64,000 nucleotides of DNA, from contig OZ024748.1 in the NCBI GenBank assembly GCA_964016885.1, positions 16,492,001 to 16,556,000 on the forward strand, read 5' to 3'. The DNA comes from Eledone cirrhosa. Taxonomy: Eukaryota. A program made the translations under genes and the position numbers. The notes below the pieces were generated by a model. The model made no database searches. It saw only the letters and a list, made by a program, of their open reading frames with translations, and was not told the DNA's origin. Numbering within the stretch: the first letter of the stretch is position 1; every line of letters begins with the position of its first letter. This document shows positions 54,917 to 64,000 of the stretch, piece by piece.

Positions 54917-54990
54917 ATATTGTTGTATTTGGGGAGGGTCATATTGTTATAATATTGCCAGAAATAATAATAAAACACACTCACTGTTTG
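54917..54990 (-). mobile_element. Diverged relative of the PLE 3' terminus
   Basis: tattgttgtatttggggagggtcatattg resembles tattgttatactttgggagggtcatgttg at 52174; begins at a TA run. Confidence 0.55.
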
Positions 54991-56892
54991 GTTTGGATTG
55001 GTTTTCACTTCTATATCTTTTATATCACCATAGTTAATTTATCTGGCAATCAATGTTTATCATTGATTGACCAACGGTTGAGAATATAAATATATATATA
55101 TAGTCTATCAAAATTCTTTTGTCACACATCTATGCCATCATCAATGGAACTATTATGTTTCCTCCCATTGTATTGTAATGTCTATGGCATATACAAGAGG
55201 GAGTGTGTGTCTGTGTGTGTGTGTGCATGTATGTTGGACTTAGAGACACACACATGTTAAATATAACATAGCTGAGTTCATTAAAGTTGAATAATATTTA
55301 TCATGAGATTCTTCAATAAATAATTTAAAATAAGTCAGTGGAAAAACTTAAGTGCTGGGGTTGATATGATTAACCAGACATAAGCAGTGCTGGGGTTGAT
55401 ATATTTAACCAAAGAAAGAAGTGCTAGGGGTTGATATAATTAACCAAATAAAAGCAGTGCTTTAGCATAGCTGCACTGAAATCACTCAATCCAAGAAAAA
55501 TGTAAAAAAAAAAATTAAATCAATTTTACATGCGTGACCCACTTCTCAATCCAGATCTATAAACAAATGTTCTGGTTTCTTCTCTATATTTATTGTTCTA
55601 AAGTCATTAGATTGAGAGGAATATATTAAAAAAAAATTATTTCACTTGAGGTTGTGCTGGAAGAAAGTAATATATGCCATTAAAAACACAATAATTGATA
55701 CCAATCTTGTAAATATATGTAACATCTTAGTCAGCAATTTAGAAGTAATATAAATCTATGCTGTACATATGTGTTTAACTTGGTAGAAGCTCTTGAACAA
55801 CAACTACACATTGCTATGTTTTATATTCCCACTACTTAAATCTAAATTAATGTTTCTGTGTCAATATCTTCTTATAAGGTATTCATTATCATCGGATTCT
55901 GTTCCTCTTGTTTTATAGTTTCTTTGTCATCTTAAATCAAAATTAAATTTTGCTTGTGTATTTTATTTTGTTAGTATTACTGTTAGTTGAACTGAGCGAA
56001 CTTCCACTTCTGCTTCAGTCGCCATTTTCTTATTGTTACTGTTAATTGAATTGAAGAAACCTCTCCTTCCTCCTCCTTTTGTTGTTACTGTTACTGCCAG
56101 TTAAACTGAGCAAACCCCTCCTTCTTCTTCAGTCTTCATGTTACTGCTAGTTGAACTGAGCAAACTCCTTCTTCAACCTTTGATCTTCATCTGTTCTTAC
56201 TCCTCTCCCTTCTCCTCCTGCTTTTTCTCCTTACTAAATTTAGGCAAGTATAATTTGCAAATTTGCATGATATTCTTGCTATATATATATATATAGCAAG
56301 AACATCATACCAATATATGGAACATATATACAACATACCAATATATGGAACATTACATTCATGTAACATTCTTTATTTTACTTTATATTCCTTTTGAAGT
56401 TCCGATGAGCTGCTCTAATTTTACCTAAGTTAATTATCTTCAACAGAACCAGATCAATAATGATCTATAATCATTTGACCCAGAAACATTATATGGAGTA
56501 GTCAAACAATTGTAAACGGACATTATTAATATTATTATTATTATTCTCTACATTCTTTACATTAAACTAAAACTATGTTGGCAATCTTTTAATAATGTCT
56601 TCCTTGTGAAATTTGTGGTCTTGTTTTGCTTAACTAATGAATATATATATATATATTTATATATATACACTCACACACACACATGTATATATACAGATGC
56701 ACATACATACACACACAATATATATACACATACATATATACACACACAAATACAAATAATATATGGGAGATGGACGTTAAATGATGATGATGATGGGGGG
56801 AAACGCCTTTTCCATTCTGTCCACCGGGGCTGTGGGTGGGCCCCATCGCGTAGCAATACATTAGTTAAATACCATTCTTTCATCTGATACAA

Positions 56893-56935
<43 letters not shown>

Positions 56936-57645
56936 TAAACCTACACACAAACACCATGTATATGTATACATACATATGGTGGCTGCCAACTCGTTTTCGA
57001 GTACGGCCACTACTTTATATCCCTATAGAAGAACCCCTACCGATGCGCTGAACGAGTGTGACTTTTTAGTCCAGACAGCGACTTGAAAACTCTGGTACAA
57101 ACACTACACTTGTGACAATTATTGACACATAGTGCTGGGCCCATGGTACCATGTGACGACAAGTGCAGAGAGATCTCCAGATATAAAGCAATGCCTGTGC
57201 CGTGAAGCTTTTATAGTGAGCAAAGGCACTGCACAAAGCCAGTCCCACTCTCTTAACCAAGATGATATTTACCAAAAAGAAGAACAAGTCAACATCATTG
57301 GATACCATCAGGGTTGCAGGTGTTATATCAGAGTTTTCCTTCTCCTAGAATTCTGCCTTGACAAAGGCTAAGGGGTCATCTCTCCTGGTGATTTTGGATG
57401 GCCATTGACTCTTAAGAGCTCCTTTGCTCTTTGCATATATACAGGTACAGAGAGAGAGAATAGGAGAGATATGTGTCATTAGCAGAGCACAGACAGACGG
57501 ATGGACAGAAATAACTGGAGATGTTTCAATTCTATTTCATGGAGAAGATTTAAATAAAGCCAACCAAATGAAGATTTAAATAAAGCCAACCAAATGAGAA
57601 CATTTTACAATAACTAAATTATATTTTGACTGGGAGAGAGAGAGT

Positions 57646-57722
<77 letters not shown>

Positions 57723-58635
57723 CCAAATCTTCTTTGCTGCTCATTTTAACTGGAGCAGAACTTGATAAAACAACAATATATGCAGTCATTGATTTCTATG
57801 ACTTCATATGTATAGAAAGAATTTCCCGTTATAAAATCTTTACCTATCTCTAATCTGAATTTAATAAATATTTCTTAGGAGGAATTTTCTCCAAATTGAA
57901 TAAATTGCTTGGTGGAAAAAATGCCAAAAACTATCCTACCAAATTGGATTAATTCTTGTTAATGTGATCTGTCTAAATGCCAGCATCATATATTAATGTT
58001 TGGTTCTTAGTAAATGTTGCTATAGAAAGAAATGGCTATGGTGAAATACAGCTATCCTTTTTCTATTATAGACAGCTCTTTATTATCATTATTATTAGTA
58101 GTAGTGGTGTTATTAGTATTGTTATTGTGTCTTTTCTAAATGCATGCTTGACTAACTCAAAAATTGCCCTCCAGGGATGTAATTGGCCATTCCATTCTAT
58201 TATTTTATCAAAAGACTGTTGGAGGGCGCCATTGATATTAGGAGGATATTTTTGGTGTCAGGAACATGATCAGTAAATAATGAGAGAGAGAGACAGAGAC
58301 AGAGAGAGAGCGCGCGTGCGTGTAAGATATTTGGATAAAGTGATGTCTGTGAATGAAACATTTTAAAGTGAAGAAAGGCCTTGCAGGGGTTCAATTCCAT
58401 TCTCTGAACAACTGTGACAGGTGACCACAGTTCTACATGGTTGCCATCAAGTCACAGTTTTACATCAAGGTTTTCCTTCTCCTAGAATGATATCTTGAAA
58501 AGGACCAGTGGTCTCTCACTCCCGTTGGGCTAACTCTGTGCTCAGACACTAAACTAAGTATTTCTATGTTCCCTTGCATACATATATACATAAACACATA
58601 AGTGCACACACGCACGCACACGCACACACACATTA

Positions 58636-59050
58636 TCATCATCACCGTTTTACGTCCGTTCTTCCACGCTAGCATGGGTTAGACGGGTTGTCCTGTTGTG
58701 GGCAGTGTCTGGTCGGCTGACCATGCCTTGCTCATACAGGAACTGATTTGGCTTGATTTCTACAGCTGGATACCCTTCCTAACACCAACCTCATTTATAG
58801 TGAGTGCTGGGTGCTTTTTCGTGGCACCTACACGTCCACTTTACAGTGTGGGCTGGGTGCTTTTTTGCCGTGGCACCTCCACGACCACCTTGCAGTGGGG
58901 GGTGTGGGGGCATATTGTCTATATGCTTCAGCTTGTACCCATGGGAGGTCAGGTACTCTGTATTACTGCGTGACGCCAGAGGTCACGGTCGTGTGTCATC
59001 GCCTTTGAGAGGTGTAATTGGGTAAGGTCGGCTTTTATCACCTCATCCCA
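58636..59050 (-). mobile_element. SINE family B 3' portion (58636-58897) adjoining an RTE 3' fragment (58900-59050)
   Basis: SINE landmarks; RTE part reads WDEVIKADLTQLHLSKAMTHDRDLWR on the minus strand, like 25320-25420. Confidence 0.75.
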
Positions 59051-59339
59051 TACATTATATATATACATACACACACATATGCATATACAAATATAAACAC
59101 AGATATATACATATATATAAATTTGATAGGTTTCGGCCAGTATTGGCCCAGGCCATGTCTAACTTAATAGCACCACCTGGCATATATATGTATATTTATT
59201 AAAATAACAGATTAAAGTTTAAGCATAGAATCGCTGCTTTCACCCTTAATGGAATCTTCTGAAACTTATCGAGCCCTCTTTGGATTTTAGCCTTTGCATT
59301 TATTATTATTATTACACACACACACACATATATATACAT

Positions 59340-59424
<85 letters not shown>

Positions 59425-59456
59425 TATATAATGTGCCTTCCTTATGTTTGTTGATT

Positions 59457-59541
59457 GGTGACACACGTTTCGTTATTGATCAGTTCAAGGTTCGATCTGT
59501 ATCGATCTGACCCGACTCTGGAATCAAAAGCTCGTCAGACC
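59457..59541 (-). ncRNA. Type I hammerhead ribozyme with extended helix II
   Basis: Minus strand: ggt-CTGACGA-gcttttgatt...gatcaataac-GAAAC-gtgt-GTC-acc; insert bounded by TA runs. Confidence 0.7.
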
Positions 59542-59548
59542 TCTGCTG

Positions 59549-59583
<35 letters not shown>

Positions 59584-59644
59584 CATACACACATATACGC
59601 ATATAAAAATATAAACACAGACACACACACACACATATATATAT

Positions 59645-60071
59645 ACGATATTAACAAATGGAAACTATATTTATAAAACCATATTTATTTCATTATACAT
59701 ATTTCAAGGACACCAAGTTAAATTATGGTGTGCTTTCATCAGATAAAATATAATATAGAGCAGTTTTATAAATAAATATTGACATACCCTTAAAAGAATG
59801 CAAACATTACTGCAACAGTAATGGTTGCATTCTTTTAAGGGTATGTCAATATTTATTTATAAAACTGCTCTATATTATATTTTATCTGATGAAAGCACAC
59901 CATAATTTAACTTGGTGTCCTTGAAATATGTATAATGAAATAAATATGGTTTTATAAATATAGTTTCCATTTGTTAATATCGTATTTTTACTCCAATTAT
60001 TTGTTGAGTGCTTTATATCAGTTATAAAAATATTTGCTTGTTGGATCCCAACAATTTAAATAGAACTTCTA
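59645..60071. mobile_element. Fold-back element in (TA)n, family B (~168-bp near-perfect arms, centre 59814, ~88-nt tail)
   Basis: 59645-59812 is the reverse complement of 59816-59983; tail 59984-60071 matches 18789-18877. Confidence 0.88.
59880..59940 (+). ncRNA. Type I hammerhead ribozyme (mirror copy ~59688-59748 on -)
   Basis: ttttat-CTGATGA-aagcacacca taatttaact tggtgtcctt-GAAA-tatgta-TA-atgaaa. Confidence 0.8.
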
Positions 60072-60089
60072 CATATATATATATATCTA

Positions 60090-60232
60090 TAATGAAGGAA
60101 ATGTGGTAAGGAACCAAGTGGACCATAACGCACCAAAGTACTCAATACTTAGGGTAGTAGAGTGGGTAATAGGAACGAGTAGCACCCCCAACGGCTGAGC
60201 TCAAGCCGTTTCGACGGCTAATTCTGGACTAA
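60090..60232. mobile_element. Family C single arm plus tail between TA runs
   Basis: Closely matches 17574-17713. Confidence 0.75.
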
Positions 60233-60249
60233 ATATATATATATTATTC

Positions 60250-60635
60250 GTGTAGATGTCACGACAAAGAAACACAGCCCACGCTGTAATGTGACCATTT
60301 AGGTAACACGGTAAAAAGCTCCCAGTCCACACTGTAAACATGGTTGGTGTTAGGAAGGGCATCCAGCTGTACTAAACCTGCCAAATAGTCCTACAAGAGC
60401 TAGAAATGGTCACCCGACCAATCTTGCCTCAAGTGGAGCAATTCCCGTCTAACCCATACTAGCGTGGAAGATAGACGTTAAATGATGATGATGATGATTA
60501 TAGAGGTGGTGAGGGCTGCACTCAAATCACTGAAACTCACAAAGGAGTTGACCGAATGCGTTGAGTGGAGTGATGTGTTGAGAAAGACCCATCCAACCCA
60601 TGTGAGGAAAAACAGACGTAAAAATAACAATGATG
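60250..60635 (+). mobile_element. SINE family B-related 3' portion followed by an RTE 3' fragment (60500-60635)
   Basis: ggttggtgttaggaagggcatccagctg..gacgttaaatgatgatg; then EVVRAALKSLKLT..EWSDVLRKT. Confidence 0.7.
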
Positions 60636-60640
60636 ATATT

Positions 60641-60686
<46 letters not shown>

Positions 60687-60809
60687 TAAATAAACACACA
60701 CATATATATAAATACACATACATACATACACTGACACACAATTACAGATACATATATATAAATACGCATATATACATACACTAACACACACATATATATA
60801 AATACACAT

Positions 60810-60860
<51 letters not shown>

Positions 60861-60866
<6 letters not shown>

Positions 60867-60963
60867 GTCCCCCAAAAATGTATACACACTTTGATTACCT
60901 GTATAGGCAAATTTATTTATTAGAATGTTGTTAAAGTGTAATAAATTGTTGGGGGACACCTTA
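60861..60963. mobile_element. ~100-bp mariner-like MITE
   Basis: TIRs tagggtgtcccccaa ... ttgggggacaccttat flanked by TA. Confidence 0.65.
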
Positions 60964-61479
60964 TATATACTGTAATACACACACACATATATAGATACAC
61001 ATTCATACACACACACATACATACATACATACATACATACATACATACATACACAGATATAAATACACACACATACTCACATGATACACACACATAAATA
61101 CACACAGACAACAGCTAGTTACATACATGCTCACTGAGTGGAAATGTTTTGCCATGTTTCCTGGTGACTGTACCATTGACAATATTAGTCAATATAACTC
61201 TGCAATATTTGGTACATGTTGCCCTGTAGCTCTATCTATTTGTTTCCAGTTGATTACTAAACAACCTTTTATAATAGCCCAGCTCCATATCTTTCCAATA
61301 GCCCAGCCTCCATATCTTTTCAATAGCCGAGCCTCCATATCTTTTCAATAGCCAAGCTTTCATATCTACTTCATAAACTTTGAACAGTCTCTTCTGCTGC
61401 TCTGCTTCTTTCTCACTCAGGCCAAATTCTTTATCGGATTACATTTGCTCATCATACATGGACAAGTATGGATGTCTGT

Positions 61480-61539
61480 CTCTGTGTGTGTAGTGTGTGT
61501 GTAGCGTGTGTAGTGTTTGTGTAATGACACTGCTTGTAT

Positions 61540-61600
<61 letters not shown>

Positions 61601-61690
61601 GGTGGCTGTGAGTGTATGTATGTGTGTATGTATGTGTGTATGTATGTATATGTATTGTGGAAGTGTTTAATGGGGTTGAGAGAGAGAGAG

Positions 61691-61731
<41 letters not shown>

Positions 61732-61760
61732 TGTGGAAGTGTGTAATGGGGTTGAGAGTG

Positions 61761-61813
<53 letters not shown>

Positions 61814-61946
61814 TGTGGAAGTGTGTAATGGGGTTGAGAGTGAGAGTGTGTGTGTGTGTGTGCGTATATGTAGTGTGGAAGAGTGTAATGGTGTTGAGAG
61901 TGTGTGTGTGTGTATTGTGGAAGTGTGTAATGGGGTTGAGAGTGAG

Positions 61947-61980
<34 letters not shown>

Positions 61981-64000
61981 ATGTAAGCGCACGTGTGTGT
62001 ATGTGTGTATTTATGTGTGGGCAATATGGTTGCCTTGGAGTGTGTGAAGTGTGTGTGTGGAGGGGGGGGGGTCTGCTCTCATCAATGAGTAATGTAACTG
62101 TGTGAGTGTGGGTGTGTGAGTGTGGATGTGTGTGAGTGTGGGTGTGTGTGAGTGGGTGTGAGTGTGGGTGTGTGTGAGTGTGTGTGAGTGTGAGTGTGAG
62201 TGAGTGTGTGAGTGTGTGTGAGTGTGAGTGCGTGAGTGAGTGTGTGTGAGTGTGTGTGAGTGTGTGTGAGTGTGAGTGTGAGTGAGTGTGTGAGTGTGTG
62301 TGAGTGTGTGAGCGTGTGAGTGCGTGAGTGAGTGTGTGTGAGTGTGAGTGAGTGTGTGTGAGTGTGTGTGAGTGTGTGTGAGTGTGTTTTTCGAGTAGGT
62401 ATCAGTGTGTGTATGTATATGTGAGAGGGGGTTAATATGTATGTATGTGATTGTGTGTGGGCTTTCCTAAGTGTGTGTTTGTAGGTGGATGTGTGTGGGT
62501 TTTCATTGTGTATATATATACCAGTATGTACCTGTGTGTAAGTGTGTGTATGTGTATGTATGTGCGTGTGTATGTATGTGTGTGTGTATGTGTGAGTGTA
62601 TGTGTGTGTGTATGTGTGAGTGTATGTGTGTGTGTGTGTATGTGTGTATATGTGTGTGTGTGTGTTTATATGTGTATATGTGTGTGTGTGTTTATATGTA
62701 TGTATATGTGTGTGTGTGTGTTTATATGTATGTGTGTGTGTGTGTATGAGTGTGTATGTGTGTGTGTATGTGTGTGTGTGTATATGTGTGGGTATGTGTG
62801 TGGGTATGTGTGTGGGTATGTGTGTGGGTATGTGTGTGTGTGTGTTTATATGTATGTATATGTGTGTGTGTGTGTTTATATGTATGTGTGTGTGTGTGTA
62901 TGAGTGTGTATGTGTGTGTGTATGTGTGTGTGTGTATATGTGTGTGTGTATGTGTGTGGGTATGTGTGTGGGTATGTGTGTGTGTGTGTTTATATGTATG
63001 TATATGTGTGTGTGTGTGTTTATATGTATGTATATGTGTGTGTGTGTATAAGAGAAACTCAAGTATGTCTCAGAACTGTATAGTTGGCAATTGAGTGGAA
63101 GATATGATAAATATAATGACATCTTAGAGAATACAGGATAGAATTTCACAGTGGTTTTCATTGCTACTTCTATATTGATTGGTGGTGTTGGTGGTGGTGG
63201 TGGTGGTGGTGGTGATAGTGGTGGTGTTGGTGGTAGTGGTGGTGGTGATAGTGGTGGTGGTGGTGGTGGTGGTGGTGGTGGTGGTGGTGGTGGTGGTGTT
63301 GGTGGTGGTGATAGTGGTGGTGTTGGTGGTGGTGATAGTGGTGGTGATAGTGGTGGTGATAGTGGTGGTGATAGTGGTGGTGGTGATAGTGGTGGTGGTG
63401 ATAGTGGTGGTGGTGGTGGTGGTGGTGGTGGTGGTGTTGGTGGTGGTGATAGTGGTGGTGTTGGTGGTGGTGTTGGTGGTGGTGATAGTGGTGGTGATAG
63501 TGGTGGTGATAGTGGTGGTGGTGATAGTGGTGGTGGTGATAGTGGTGGTGGTGATAGTGGTGGTGGTGATAGTGGTGGTGGTGATAGTGGTGGTGGTGAT
63601 AGTGGTGGTGGTGATAGTGGTGGTGGTGATAGTGGTGGTGGTGATAGTGGTGGTGGTGGTGGTGGTGGTGGTGGTGGTGGTGTTGTTGGTGGTGGTGGTG
63701 GTGGTGGTGGTGGTGATAGTGGTGGTGGTGGTGGTGGTGGTGGTGGTAGTGGTGGTGGTGTTGGTGTTGGTGGTGGTGGTGATAGTGGTGGTGGTGATAG
63801 TGGTGGTGGTGGTGGTGGTGGTGGTGATAGTGGTGGTGGTGATAGTGGTGGTGGTGATAGTGGTGGTGGTGGTGTTGGTGGTGGTGATAGTGGTGGTGTT
63901 GGTGGTGGTGATAGTGGTGGTGATAGTGGTGGTGATAGTGGTGGTGATAGTGGTGGTGGTGATAGTGGTGGTGGTGATAGTGGTGGTGGTGGTTGTGGTG
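61480..64000. repeat. (GT)n/(GAGT)n/(GTAT)n fields (61480-63050) and (GGT)n/(GGTGAT AGT) field (63180-64000)
   Basis: Direct inspection. Confidence 0.95.

Noticed and set aside
11869-63161. Dozens of long YI/HT/CV-repeat ORFs in the track
   Set aside because: Translations of (TA)n, (CA)n and (TACA)n microsatellites.
63180-64000. Telomere-like G-rich end
   Set aside because: (GGT)n microsatellite, not TTAGGG.

Overview
Eukaryotic, extremely AT- and microsatellite-rich DNA with no recognisable host gene. The SINE/LINE repertoire and the (TA)n/(CA)n load resemble octopus genomic DNA (inference). Coding remnants are all retroelements: a decayed R4/Dong-type RT+restriction-like-endonuclease LINE (1-2110), a near-intact Penelope-like element (PLE; RT + C-terminal GIY-YIG, one frameshift; 2748-6520), and several RTE- and CR1-type 3' fragments. 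There are also two tRNA-derived SINE families, four small DNA-transposon (MITE) types and four minisatellite arrays (49, 84, 49 and 41 bp). The most striking signal is a population of about 9 fold-back (inverted-repeat) insertions sitting in (TA)n tracts. Most have one arm extended by a tail, and where a family recurs the ends are fixed. With them come at least 10 minimal type I hammerhead-ribozyme motifs of diverse sequence, including a C3:G8 to U3:A8 covariant core and long-helix-II forms. The PLE is tied directly to this architecture by a shared terminal sequence. Most ORFs in the supplied track are microsatellite artefacts. All folding and alignment was done by eye.
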